This document shows, one piece after another, positions 8,949 to 19,291 of a stretch of 64,000 bases of DNA; position 1 is the stretch's first letter; each line of letters starts with the position of its first letter. The position numbers and the translations under genes were made by a program. The stretch covers positions 68,984-132,983 of the forward strand of contig DXJO01000006.1 of the NCBI GenBank assembly GCA_019057475.1, given 5' to 3'. The stretch comes from Candidatus Thorarchaeota archaeon (GTDB taxonomy: Archaea > Asgardarchaeota > Thorarchaeia > Thorarchaeales > Thorarchaeaceae). A model generated the notes under the pieces. That model saw only the letters and a list, made by a program, of their open reading frames with translations. It made no database searches and had not been told where the DNA came from.

Positions 8949-9575
8949 TTGAGGCAAGGACGTTCGAGATTCATTCCATTCATAGTTCTTATTGTGATTC
9001 TTTTAGTCCCATGCTGCGCACAAGCTGGTGTTGCAGTGGACATCTGGCTCGATGAAGATGAACTCTACGAGATAGTCATTATGGCCAGCGTGGGTGATAT
9101 AATCGCGGGGAACTACACTGTTGTGGATGCGACCGGCAGTGCACCAATCATGCTGCTAGTTCTGGATTCCGAACACTTCTCGGATTGGGTGAATGGTTCA
9201 GTCTACGTGCCCCACGTATACAGATATGGCATGTCGGGCGATTTTAGCTTTCCTGTCCCATATGCTGACACGTGGTATGTCGTGTTTTGGAATGATCCAG
9301 TCAATTCTGGAGCCAAACATGTAGTCGGAAACGTTGACCACTTGATTGACGTTATAACAACCACAACCATCACAAACAGTCCCATTCCTATTGACATGGA
9401 TGAGAGTCTTACGAGTCAGCTTTGGATTATCATTATTGGGGCACTAGGAGTGGTGGCGGCTGCGTTCATTGTGTTGATTTTGTTTATTCGACGGAGCGAG
9501 GACACAGAATACGTTTCGCGGTACGACCTGCCTAGGTCCGAAGGAGGCATCTTTCCATCGACAGACTCAGATTGA
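8949..9575 (+). CDS. secreted, membrane-anchored protein (signal peptide, ectodomain, Thr-rich linker, C-terminal TM), function unknown
   Basis: It has a hydrophobic N-terminus, N-x-S/T sequons, a TTTTITNS linker and a C-terminal TM helix followed by a charged tail. Confidence 0.5.
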   Translation: MRQGRSRFIPFIVLIVILLVPCCAQAGVAVDIWLDEDELYEIVIMASVGDIIAGNYTVVDATGSAPIMLLVLDSEHFSDWVNGSVYVPHVYRYGMSGDFSFPVPYADTWYVVFWNDPVNSGAKHVVGNVDHLIDVITTTTITNSPIPIDMDESLTSQLWIIIIGALGVVAAAFIVLILFIRRSEDTEYVSRYDLPRSEGGIFPSTDSD

Positions 9576-10067
9576 AACGTCAGCTTTCTCAGCCCTCTTT
9601 CCACTTAAGTACTCAATATCGATTCTGCCGATGCCCAGTTTTTGAACTGCACTATCCTTGACCTTTGCTGCAATAACCTTTGAGGGATTATCTTCTAGGC
9701 ACTCTATCATAACACGTAGTGCGTGTTTCTTTTCCACCAAGTCATCAATGAATGTGACTCTTCCCTTGAACTGAACGGCAGCGAAGATATGGTCACAGTC
9801 ACCTTGGACATACCCTTTGTCAAGAAGAGCTTGACCCCAGACAACGCTGTTGGAATTCAGGATATCTATCTTCTTGCCCTCTTTAGCGCAGTGGAAGTAG
9901 ATGCAATGGCGTTCTCGATCGTAACCGTGGCTCAATGTGACAAGATATGGCTCGTTGTCTGAACACATAGCTATTGTCACGTATTGTACCGACTCGAGTA
10001 TCTCAATCATCTCATTCCTATCAGTAATCGCCCTTTCTCTTCTTCTGATTTCTCGCAATAGATACAC
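9567..10067 (-). CDS. pyridoxamine-5'-phosphate-oxidase-like FMN-binding split-barrel protein
   Basis: Its size and sequence pattern fit the Pyridox_oxidase_2/NimA-like family (ERAITDRNEMIEILESVQYVTIAM...). Confidence 0.6.
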   Translation of the reverse strand: MYLLREIRRRERAITDRNEMIEILESVQYVTIAMCSDNEPYLVTLSHGYDRERHCIYFHCAKEGKKIDILNSNSVVWGQALLDKGYVQGDCDHIFAAVQFKGRVTFIDDLVEKKHALRVMIECLEDNPSKVIAAKVKDSAVQKLGIGRIDIEYLSGKRAEKADVSI

Positions 10068-10561
10068 CCAGTACTAAGCTTGATTGAGGCCCTCGTAAGG
10101 TTCGAAGTGGTCATAAAGCTCGTGGCTATTACGCATGTGTGTCTTGCAGCTCCAAGTATTGCTCAGTTCGACGACATTCTGGTTTCAGTTGAATTGTCAC
10201 ACTGTTTATGGTGTGCGTGCTAGGTGAGCTTTATGCGGCAAAAAATAGTAAGCCACCGTCAATAGCAGCAAAGATTCCACAATCACGAACAGGGTTACAG
10301 TTTCCAAGAGCCACATTTCCTAGACCTTCCATGTAATAGTTGTCCCGAGTGTAGAAAAGGTCTGAGCATATGCATCATATGAAGTGAAGGTTGAAGTGGT
10401 TAAAGCATTTGCTGCATATACGGATTTGTACTAGCATTAGCAGCAAGAGTGGAAGTCTAGTTGGGTTTCTCCAATTCGGGCATCACTCAATCAGGATAAG
10501 CTTCATAATGCTGTTTCCGCGAAAAGCGAATACGACACGTTAACTGCTGAAGTGATACGCG

Positions 10562-11374
10562 ATGGATATTGGAGCATCTTTCTATGCGGGTTGTGAGATA
10601 CCATTCGATCAGTTCCTTAGCATGTGTAGTAACCTAGGTATGAGCTATGTTGAGATTCAGACTGAACATCCCTACACACCTTCCGAGATGAACAGGAAAC
10701 ATGTCAATGAAGTCAGGGAACTTGCGAACACCTGCGGTCTCAACATCATCCTTCATGGCTCCCTGTTCGACACAAATCTGTCTAGCCTCAAGGAATGCAT
10801 TAGAAGGGCATCAGTGAAGTTCATGCAGGAATGTGTTGAGCTAGCTAGCAAGTTAGGTGCCAATTTGCTAGTTGTACACGCCGGCTCATTTCCCGGAGAC
10901 TTTCCAAATAATCTGATGAATAAAGCCCGCGATCAACTCCATAGCAGTTTCTCTGAATTAACCAAGGTCGCTATGAACTCTGGAGTGACAATCGGCGTAG
11001 AAAATAAGCAAAAATCTGAAGATCGAGAACTGGTTCTGTATCCAGATGAACACCTTGAGGTTGTTGAGGCATTTCGTGATCAAGGGGCTAGGGCAGTTCT
11101 AGACATCGGGCATGCTCACACTGCTAATAGCGACCTGGCGAACTATACACACCTACTTAATGACCTGAATATCGAGTTGCACCTTCATGATAACAACGGG
11201 ATTTCTGACGACCATCTCCTTCTTGGTGGAGGAAGCATTGACTTCGAAAGCTTCTTTGAGGTAGTCAGAAGCATTGGTTTTACTGGCCCGGCGATTCTTG
11301 AGTTAAAGAATAGACCTGACCTAGAGTCCAGTATGGGATTCCTCCGTAAGAATGGTATCCCATGTACGCGATGA
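10562..11374 (+). CDS. sugar-phosphate isomerase/epimerase (xylose-isomerase-like TIM barrel)
   Basis: It has AP-endonuclease-2/xylose-isomerase-like TIM-barrel features (HGSLFDTN, VVHAG, ELHLHDNNG). Confidence 0.65.
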   Translation: MDIGASFYAGCEIPFDQFLSMCSNLGMSYVEIQTEHPYTPSEMNRKHVNEVRELANTCGLNIILHGSLFDTNLSSLKECIRRASVKFMQECVELASKLGANLLVVHAGSFPGDFPNNLMNKARDQLHSSFSELTKVAMNSGVTIGVENKQKSEDRELVLYPDEHLEVVEAFRDQGARAVLDIGHAHTANSDLANYTHLLNDLNIELHLHDNNGISDDHLLLGGGSIDFESFFEVVRSIGFTGPAILELKNRPDLESSMGFLRKNGIPCTR

Positions 11375-11380
11375 CGGATG

Positions 11381-11638
11381 CTAGGCTTGCTTAGCTTTGC
11401 TGGCAGCCAAGCGCCACATCATAACACCATCAACGATACGGTAGACTGAGTGAACGAATGCGAAGAATATCACTCCGAGAAGGAACACTATCATCCCCCC
11501 GCCCGAAGGTCCAAAGTCTGGGCCCACATCAGTTAGGTAAATCAAGAGACCTAAGGCCGCCAGAAACTGAAGAAAAGCCAAGATGATTTGGAAGAGCAAG
11601 CGGATAATTGAAGCACTAGTTTCTTTCAAAGCGCTCAC
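11381..11638 (-). CDS. small membrane protein (2 TM), unknown
   Basis: The ORF is 85 aa with two hydrophobic helices and lies in the tight gap between flanking genes. Confidence 0.4.
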   Translation of the reverse strand: MSALKETSASIIRLLFQIILAFLQFLAALGLLIYLTDVGPDFGPSGGGMIVFLLGVIFFAFVHSVYRIVDGVMMWRLAASKAKQA

Positions 11639-11771
11639 CTGCGTGACTTACATTTCAGTATGTGATGTGGGCCTATAAGTTTAGTCAACAAATGAATTAA
11701 ACATCACGAAACGCAGAACAAGTGGCATTTTACAACGAACGTTTTTGAGGGGCCTATCTGGGTGATGGAGT

Positions 11772-12659
11772 CTAATCTTTCGTCTTGATGTAATATGCGC
11801 TGAAGATGATTATAGGTAACACTATGGTGAAGAATACGGCTAGAACAATATGTAATGGGTTCGAGAACGGATCCGGTTTGTACGTGGAAACTTCATACTG
11901 CGCCGCCCAGAATGTGACGTAGTTATCGTCCAGTTCGCTGATTAGGAATTCCCATCGTATTGTTTCAGTTTCGTTTTCCACCATGAGATCTTCATAGTTT
12001 TCTGGTTCGAAACCGTGCTCCAACAGATTTGCATGGTTCGTCAAATCCATTTGGATAACTTGATGGGTATTTCCATCCCAGCTGCGCGCAGAACCTATAC
12101 AGTAGGCGAATGTGAAGTTGTGAGCATTGGAATGAAGCGTGATGTCCGCCTCAACACTGACAACGAGCGTTGAGTTGGGAGGCATTTCAAGTGAGAATAT
12201 TGCGAATTGATTGCTGCCGAGCCAAAGCCAATCCGACGCATCAAAATCATAGGTGTCCAAAAGGTCTGCCCACTCCATGACAGAGAAATCGATTTCAGAA
12301 CCATTTATGCTGATCCCAAAAGACTTGAACTCCGCTTCCGGCTGGGAGCACAAGCCCCATTCACTTGGGTATACAAATGCGGTGGTGAAATTCTGTCCGG
12401 TAACGGTCTGCAGTAGGAACTGACAGGACACATTGATGATGTAACAGAAGCCATCTTCCACAACAATGCCTATGTCGACGTACGCTTCAGGCATTGAAAC
12501 GTTTGAACCAAAGCATAAGCCCGAACCTATGTTCACTTGGTCAGAGACAGGAATTTCGATTACGATTGGGTCTGCTCTAACATGTAGACCTTCAACTGCT
12601 ATTTGAAACTGGAAGAAAAGGGCCCAGAGAACTATTGCAGCAATGCAATGCCGTTTCAC
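11772..12659 (-). CDS. secreted surface (glyco)protein candidate with a C-terminal TM anchor
   Basis: It has a signal peptide, many N-x-S/T sequons, and a C-terminal hydrophobic helix plus a short basic tail (IIIFSAYYIKTKD). Confidence 0.5.
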   Translation of the reverse strand: MKRHCIAAIVLWALFFQFQIAVEGLHVRADPIVIEIPVSDQVNIGSGLCFGSNVSMPEAYVDIGIVVEDGFCYIINVSCQFLLQTVTGQNFTTAFVYPSEWGLCSQPEAEFKSFGISINGSEIDFSVMEWADLLDTYDFDASDWLWLGSNQFAIFSLEMPPNSTLVVSVEADITLHSNAHNFTFAYCIGSARSWDGNTHQVIQMDLTNHANLLEHGFEPENYEDLMVENETETIRWEFLISELDDNYVTFWAAQYEVSTYKPDPFSNPLHIVLAVFFTIVLPIIIFSAYYIKTKD

Positions 12660-12725
12660 CAGATTTGCCCACCCTTACGAGATGGTTATGTCCACACTGG
12701 CTTATCAGCGTTATTGTGTCTTGGC

Positions 12726-15700
12726 TCACATCATTTCGCTGGGCAGCTTCTGATTCCTGTGTGTTGTCTTCGGGAACCACATCAAGATGCCTGCTCCTCT
12801 ACCCGGTTGCCCAGGCACTCTATCGTAAGCCTCAATTCTTCCGCCATATTTTTCCACAATGTGTTTGGCTTGATGAAGTCCCACACCTCCAAACCGTCGT
12901 GAGGTGTCGAATAGCTTTGGCTTGAGCCTCGTTGAGATTCCGGGACCATTATCTTCGATGTTCACTTCGTATCCGTTCCCACTTTCGGACATGTTAATCC
13001 AGACTTTCTTTATGTCGTGTGGGTTTTTTTCGATCGCGTTGTCAATCACGTTATTGAATATGTGCTCAAGGAATTTATCAGCTTGAATGGTTGCTTCGGT
13101 TGCCCGAATGTCTGAAACGAATTTCACATCCTTGTGCTTAGATGTCATCGTTTCAACGGTTTTCCGGAGGACATCGTCTAGAAGCCTTGGGCTAAGCGGT
13201 ACAACCATCAGGTCTTCAGTAATCTTGACCTTGGTAATTATTTTTGCACATTTCTCAGCTGACTCCAGGATTTGATCCAGTTGTTCAGATACTCCGGGTC
13301 CTCCTGCTGTATGTCTAAGAAGCGCGGCTCCACCAAGTATTGCTTGCATTTGATTCGTGATATCGTGACCCAGTATATCGAGGTATAGATTGGACCTTTC
13401 GTTGGCCGTTCGAATGTTCATTTCGGCCTTCTTGCGGTCAGTTACATCAACGAAAGCTGCTTGGACTGCAGGTTCCCCTGCGTAGGTTACTTTTCCGGCT
13501 GTAAGTTCAAACCACAGCAGTTCCCCGTCTTTTCGGGTTACTCGTGCTTCGAAGTGGTCAGGAGTCGACCGCCCTTCAAGGATGTCTCTGAATCGCTGGA
13601 AAATCGTTGCTCTGTCTTCATAATGCACAATATGTTCAAGCTCAGAAGGCTGCAAATTCAAAAGCTCACCGACCGAGTAACCAAAAGTGTTGGCAAGAGC
13701 TGGATTCGCAAAGGATAATCTGAATGGATCTCCCTGTAGTATGGCAATGCCTTGGAGGGAGCTATCTACTAGCATGCGATATTTCTCTTCGCTCTCCCTT
13801 AGAGCCATAATGGCTTCAGTCTTCTCGGTGATGTCCAAAATTTGCGACAGATATCCCACCAAGGAACCATCCTTTTTCAAGCCCAATGGCACTATGTTGA
13901 CATCAAGGTATGCGGTGCCCCGTCTTGATGTTTTGTATTGTCCTACTTCTGCTACCTTGCCATAATCGAAGTCAACCTCATGCCTGACGGATTCACCTCG
14001 TCGAATCTTTTCCTTTAACATTGAGGGGAGATTCGGGTCATCGAATAAGTTAAATTCACGCAAGTCGTCAAGGCTTGATACTCCCCACAGCTCGAATACT
14101 GCTCTGTTGGCATCCACAAGATAACCATCGGCATCAAACAATTCGATGCCTATTGGTGATTGCTCAAACATCTGCCGAAACTTCTCTTCACTAGCCTTGA
14201 GGGCCTCTTCTGCTTTTCTACGCTCTGTGAGATCCGAATAGGCCACAACCATCATTTCAGGGAGAGCGCGAAATGCAGTAACCTGAAATGCACTCTTCAC
14301 TTCGTCATTTTCCTGAATGACATCCTCAGTCAGCCACGTACTCCCATTCCTGATGACATTCTGGAGATGTGAGATAATCTCAGAGCCTGGCGGGTCGGGA
14401 ACCACATCCTTGATTTTCTTACCGACGAAATCAGCGTCATCCATGCTGAACATGTGCCTTCCGGCAGGATTGACCTCGGAGAGAATTAAGTCGCCGTCTT
14501 CATCAAGTCGAAGAAGGTGCATTCCCAGCGGGATTGATTCGAATATACTTCTGAACTTCGCTTCGGATTCCCTTAACGCATCCTCCGCTCGAATACGTTC
14601 AGCTATATTCCGGGCGACGCCGATGATTCCTATTGGTGTTCCATCATCATCTCTCAGAAATGAGCGATTTACCTCCATCACGATTCGGCGCCCATTCTTG
14701 TGGTAGAGCTCCAATCGAAGAGCGACGTTGGAATCATATTCGAGGTTCTCCGGCACTGCAGCCATCGCTTCGACAAGTGTTCTTTTTGCTAGCAGCATTG
14801 ACTCTGGAGTCATTATGTCTTCAAGGGATTTGCCAACTATCTCACTAACAGTGTAGCCGAGGTGTTCCTCTACTGAAGGTGTGACAAATGTCATTATCAA
14901 ATTCAAGTCTGTAATCCAGATTATATCCTTAACATGCTCCGCAAGCAGACGATATCGTGTTTCGCTTTCACGCAGATCCTCTTCCGCAAGGCGGCGGTCA
15001 GTTATGTCTCGTACGTACCCGATGATTCCTGTAACTTCTCCCGTTTCTCTGTCTCTTAATGGGAACGAATGAAGATCCAGCCATCCAATTTCTTTGCCGC
15101 TGGCATCCCTCCTCGGTACAATTCCGGAAGCGGCCTTACCTGTTTTCAGTGTTATTGCTGCTGGACATTTCTCGCACGGAGCGGAGCCCCCATGCGCTTC
15201 ATAGCACTTCTTGCCAACCAATGGCATCGCGTGGGCGTACCATTGCTCCATTGTTGGATTAACGCGGAGAATCATTCTGTCCGAATCGAGGATGTTGATG
15301 CCATCTTGGATGCTGCTGAACACACTGGACAGGAAGCGCTCGTTTTCCCGTAGCGCATCTTCAATATGACGAATCTCAGTTATGTCTGTGATGACTGCGT
15401 AGGAGCCCATATGCAAGCCATTCTCGCCAACAAGCGGAGCGCCTGACACAATGGTTGGAACCAGTTTGCCATTCTTTGATGACCATTCAAGCTCGTATTG
15501 CGAAGGAAGTCCCTTGGTCCTCTTTCTGACATTGTCATCTAGAATCGCACGGTTCTTCTCATCTACGAAGCTCACAAGTGAATGGCCTACCATCTCGTTA
15601 GGTTCATACCCCAACATGGATGCCCAACGTGCGTTGACATAGGTTAGTCTACCACCTTTATCGATAACCCCGAAACCATCATTCATACTGTCAACAAGAG

Positions 15701-15776
15701 CTCTATACCGAATCGATTCTTCTTCAAGACTAGCGATTCGCTCTTCGTGGGGTACATCAGGAAGTTCGCCTGGCAT
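12726..15776 (-). CDS. multi-PAS-domain sensor histidine kinase (1016 aa)
   Basis: At least five PAS-like modules are followed by an H-box (LGHDITNQMQAIL) and an HATPase_c (DNGPGIS, GGVGL). Confidence 0.85.
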   Translation of the reverse strand: MPGELPDVPHEERIASLEEESIRYRALVDSMNDGFGVIDKGGRLTYVNARWASMLGYEPNEMVGHSLVSFVDEKNRAILDDNVRKRTKGLPSQYELEWSSKNGKLVPTIVSGAPLVGENGLHMGSYAVITDITEIRHIEDALRENERFLSSVFSSIQDGINILDSDRMILRVNPTMEQWYAHAMPLVGKKCYEAHGGSAPCEKCPAAITLKTGKAASGIVPRRDASGKEIGWLDLHSFPLRDRETGEVTGIIGYVRDITDRRLAEEDLRESETRYRLLAEHVKDIIWITDLNLIMTFVTPSVEEHLGYTVSEIVGKSLEDIMTPESMLLAKRTLVEAMAAVPENLEYDSNVALRLELYHKNGRRIVMEVNRSFLRDDDGTPIGIIGVARNIAERIRAEDALRESEAKFRSIFESIPLGMHLLRLDEDGDLILSEVNPAGRHMFSMDDADFVGKKIKDVVPDPPGSEIISHLQNVIRNGSTWLTEDVIQENDEVKSAFQVTAFRALPEMMVVAYSDLTERRKAEEALKASEEKFRQMFEQSPIGIELFDADGYLVDANRAVFELWGVSSLDDLREFNLFDDPNLPSMLKEKIRRGESVRHEVDFDYGKVAEVGQYKTSRRGTAYLDVNIVPLGLKKDGSLVGYLSQILDITEKTEAIMALRESEEKYRMLVDSSLQGIAILQGDPFRLSFANPALANTFGYSVGELLNLQPSELEHIVHYEDRATIFQRFRDILEGRSTPDHFEARVTRKDGELLWFELTAGKVTYAGEPAVQAAFVDVTDRKKAEMNIRTANERSNLYLDILGHDITNQMQAILGGAALLRHTAGGPGVSEQLDQILESAEKCAKIITKVKITEDLMVVPLSPRLLDDVLRKTVETMTSKHKDVKFVSDIRATEATIQADKFLEHIFNNVIDNAIEKNPHDIKKVWINMSESGNGYEVNIEDNGPGISTRLKPKLFDTSRRFGGVGLHQAKHIVEKYGGRIEAYDRVPGQPGRGAGILMWFPKTTHRNQKLPSEMM

Positions 15777-15919
15777 TTCATCTCAACCTAGTACTGCCTA
15801 AGGGCTCCAAGATGTCTGAGAATACCATGTGATATAGCTTTGTCGGGTGTCTTGACTAGCATCATTGATACACTGTTCAATCTTATCTTCTAGCCGGCTG
15901 AAAGATGATGCGAGCTGCT

Positions 15920-17803
15920 TCATTGCTCTTCTAATTTAGGGATAGTCAACTTGAATGTCGTCTTCTCCGAGGGCTCAAGTGTGATCTTCCATCTATGAGC
16001 ATCTACTATTTTCTTGACAATTGTGAGTCCCATACCGCCCCCCTCCTTCGTTGTGAAGCCGCGGTCAAAGACCTTTTCGCGCTCCTTCTCAGCAATGGTT
16101 GTTCCATCGTTGGAGAACAATAATGAAATGCTCCCTTCCCCTTTCTCTGCCTTGACTTCAATCACATTCGGCTTTCCGTGCTGTATTGCGTTTGCAAGGA
16201 GGTTCTGTACCACTTGTTTCATCTTCTCACGGTCACAGCTGACCACCGGCAGCTTCTGCTGCTTGAATCGAATGCTTTTGGGCACAACAGTTGCTGCAAC
16301 TTCAGCAACGAGCTTGTCGAGATCAACCGGATGGGTTTCTCCAATCACTTGACCTGCATCAGCGAGAGTAATGGATTGTTCAAGCATGGTAACTATACCC
16401 CTGGTCAAGTTCGTTATCTCTTGAGCACGTGACTGATCATATTCTTCTTCAAGCAGGTTTGCGTATCCTATGATTGCATGTAACGAGCCTCTAAGGTCGT
16501 GACCCATAGCATGTGCGAATTCGCTGAGCTCTTGCTTTTGCTTTAGGAGTATAGCTTGGGATTTTACTCTCTCAGTGAGATCCTCCATGAAAAGCAAAAC
16601 TCTCGATAGGGTTTCCTCATAACCTGGCGGAACGATGAGCTGCACGAGTAAATGTTTATTCTCGCCGGACAGATTCAGCATTGTTGCCTCTTTCGCGAAG
16701 TATTGCGCCCTCCCAGTGATCGCAACTATCTCTTCCCGAAACATGTCTAGTGCGTCTTCGAGAATTATGTCACTTAAACTCCCAAGAAGATGAGCTTTGC
16801 TTCTTACATTATGCAAGTCAATCGTGGCTTGATTCACGTCAATCAGTTTCACAAGCTTTGCACACTTGGTGACTTCATCGGGATTTTCCAGGAAGAATTT
16901 ATTGATGTCCTCGATTCCGGACGCCTGAAGATCATTAACATACTTCTTGACTTCTGAGAAGTCCTCTATCCATATTGATACTGGTGAGTTTTGGAATATG
17001 CTTCGATAGCTACTCTCACTCTCCTTGAGGGCCTGTTCTATCTTCCTCGTTTCAGTGATGTCCCTTGTAACGAAGACTGTGCTCTCACCATCCTGATGCA
17101 GGTCTATCCCGCAAGAGAACCAGCGCTTATCGTCGCCCATAGGCATAGAGTACTCTGTGTTTGTGTGCTTTCCAGTTTTTCGCACTTCAGCCGATAGACG
17201 TGTCAGCATTTCGGCGGCCCTAGGAGGCACGATTTCCTTGATGTTGCGTCCTAAGAACGCATCTGGTTTGGCAGGGAATTCTACAGAGCCAGAGGGATAG
17301 AATTCTACGAATACATCATCTTTACTTAGCACGAATATCGTATCGTTTAGCGATTGAACGAGGGTGCGATGCCTTTCTTCACTCTCTTTGAGGGTCTTTT
17401 CTGCGACGACCTGTTCTGTTATTTCTCTGGACACTTCCACTACTCCGATTGAAGTGCCGTCGTCATCGCGCACCGGATAGCCTCTGACGAGCCACACCCG
17501 ACCATCTGGGGTTCGCATTTCCTTATGATGACTCTCCCCGGTTTCAAACGCCTTGATGACTGGACAGGAATCACATGGTCTCTCGGTGCCATACCAAACC
17601 TCGTAGCATCTTTTTCCCACGAGTTCTTCTTGAGCTAGTTTGACTGCCTCTGCAGATGCTTTGTTGGCCCACGTGATTCGCATGTCTAAGTTTTGGTAGT
17701 ACATTACATGCTCCGCGATGCTATCGAGTATCGCGGTTCTTGCTTTCTCGATCTCTCTAAAGCTGTCCCCCATCATTCTTCTTTCTCCAAAGCTGTCTTC
17801 CAC
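15920..17803 (-). CDS. PAS-domain sensor histidine kinase (627 aa)
   Basis: PAS modules are followed by an H-box (MGHDLRGSLHAIIGYANLL) and an HATPase_c (NDGTTI...GGMGLTIVKKI). Confidence 0.85.
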   Translation of the reverse strand: MEDSFGERRMMGDSFREIEKARTAILDSIAEHVMYYQNLDMRITWANKASAEAVKLAQEELVGKRCYEVWYGTERPCDSCPVIKAFETGESHHKEMRTPDGRVWLVRGYPVRDDDGTSIGVVEVSREITEQVVAEKTLKESEERHRTLVQSLNDTIFVLSKDDVFVEFYPSGSVEFPAKPDAFLGRNIKEIVPPRAAEMLTRLSAEVRKTGKHTNTEYSMPMGDDKRWFSCGIDLHQDGESTVFVTRDITETRKIEQALKESESSYRSIFQNSPVSIWIEDFSEVKKYVNDLQASGIEDINKFFLENPDEVTKCAKLVKLIDVNQATIDLHNVRSKAHLLGSLSDIILEDALDMFREEIVAITGRAQYFAKEATMLNLSGENKHLLVQLIVPPGYEETLSRVLLFMEDLTERVKSQAILLKQKQELSEFAHAMGHDLRGSLHAIIGYANLLEEEYDQSRAQEITNLTRGIVTMLEQSITLADAGQVIGETHPVDLDKLVAEVAATVVPKSIRFKQQKLPVVSCDREKMKQVVQNLLANAIQHGKPNVIEVKAEKGEGSISLLFSNDGTTIAEKEREKVFDRGFTTKEGGGMGLTIVKKIVDAHRWKITLEPSEKTTFKLTIPKLEEQ

Positions 17804-18076
17804 CGTTTTTCTTCCCGAAATGCATCGTTATCATCAAGGAGGAGGAGTTGTATCGTCTTCTTCACGCCCGTCAACGCCAAAACAAGGCAGGCTCTGCATA
17901 TATCATTAGCGCACTTGTACTGACCAATTAGTTGCCAATGTAGAACGTGGATACAGGTGTGGCACAGGACAGATAGATTCGGCAATCTCTCTACTCTTCT
18001 CTTGTTCATTGGGGGCGACATTTCAACACGGCAATTGCCAAAGGTCTTTGTGTGAGTTGTTGGTCGGGTTATCTAG

Positions 18077-19177
18077 TTGCAGCGCTGGATTATGCACGTA
18101 GACATGGATGCGTACTTCGCTTCCGTCGAACAGTACAGAAATCACCCCGAACTCCAGGGGCTGCCTGTATGTGTAGGTCATAATCCAAAGGGAGGCAAAG
18201 GCCGCGGAGTTGTTCGAGCCGCCTCGTATGAGGCAAGAAATCATGGCATACGGGCTGGAATGCCAGTTTCTAGGGCTTACGGGCTGTGTCCAGATGCAGT
18301 CTTTGTACGTGGTGACTTCCAAAGCTATGTGAGTGCTTCAGACGAGTTCATGGCAGTTCTCCGTGAATTCGCAGACGAGGGAAGGGTCCGACGAGCCAGT
18401 ATCGATGAGGCCTACATTGAGGTCACCTTCAAATGTCAAGGGTATGAACATCCAAGGGAACTCGCACTTGAGATTCAGACAACCATCAAGGACTCCACCA
18501 AGCTGCCTTGCTCGGTAGGCATCGCGCCCAACATGTCAGTAGCCAAGATTGCGACAGGTATGAACAAACCTATGGGAATCACCTTCGTTCCTCAAGACCC
18601 ATTGGATGTTGTCCGTTTCCTAGCTCCACTCCCAGTGGATGCATTAAATGGTGTAGGCAAGGTTACAGCCCAGCGTCTCCTACGATATGACATAGAATCT
18701 CTTGGACAAATACAGCAGATGAGCGTGACAGAGCTTTGGCCGATTATGGGAAAAGGCTCGAGATGGTTGTATAGACGCGCATCTGGAATTGACGAGCGCC
18801 CTCTTGTTGACAACGGGCCTCGAGTCCGCAAGTCGATTAGCAAGGACCGAACTTTCCTTGAAGATGTAGAACCGGAGGCCGTGAATTACCTTCATGAAAC
18901 GATGTCCAAGATTTGTGAACGAATAGCTGAGAAAGTGAAGAAGAAAGCGCTACAGTACAGAACAGTGACCGTGAAGCTACGCTACGCCGACTATACAACC
19001 ATTCAACGCAGCCGAACCTTGCCAGTATCTACAGGTGATGCTGACATGTTGAAACGGATAGCTCAGGAAATCTTTGACCAAAAGCGTGATCCAGATAGAG
19101 CTGTACGACTCCTTGGCGTGAAAGTGTCAGGTTTGAGCGAGAACTCAGCGCAGATGTGCCTTACTAATTTCTTGTGA
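18077..19177 (+). CDS. dinB: DNA polymerase IV (Y-family translesion polymerase, DinB/Dpo4)
   Basis: It has the HVDMDAYFASVE catalytic motif and the overall Y-family pattern (SIDEAYIEVT, little-finger region). Confidence 0.9.
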   Translation: MQRWIMHVDMDAYFASVEQYRNHPELQGLPVCVGHNPKGGKGRGVVRAASYEARNHGIRAGMPVSRAYGLCPDAVFVRGDFQSYVSASDEFMAVLREFADEGRVRRASIDEAYIEVTFKCQGYEHPRELALEIQTTIKDSTKLPCSVGIAPNMSVAKIATGMNKPMGITFVPQDPLDVVRFLAPLPVDALNGVGKVTAQRLLRYDIESLGQIQQMSVTELWPIMGKGSRWLYRRASGIDERPLVDNGPRVRKSISKDRTFLEDVEPEAVNYLHETMSKICERIAEKVKKKALQYRTVTVKLRYADYTTIQRSRTLPVSTGDADMLKRIAQEIFDQKRDPDRAVRLLGVKVSGLSENSAQMCLTNFL

Positions 19178-19232
19178 CACACGCGATGGCATCAGCTGAA
19201 CTGAGAAGTGATGCTTCAGGGAATCTGCGGAG

Positions 19233-19238
19233 AAAAAA
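19233..19238 (-). terminator. oligo-T (T6 on the minus strand), ~55 nt downstream of the hppA stop
   Basis: An A6 run on the plus strand reads as T6 on the coding strand of hppA, in the intergenic gap. Confidence 0.3.
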
Positions 19239-19291
19239 GAGAAGTCAGCAGTCAGAAACATTCTGACCGCTGTAGCTTCGTACGGTTCTGT

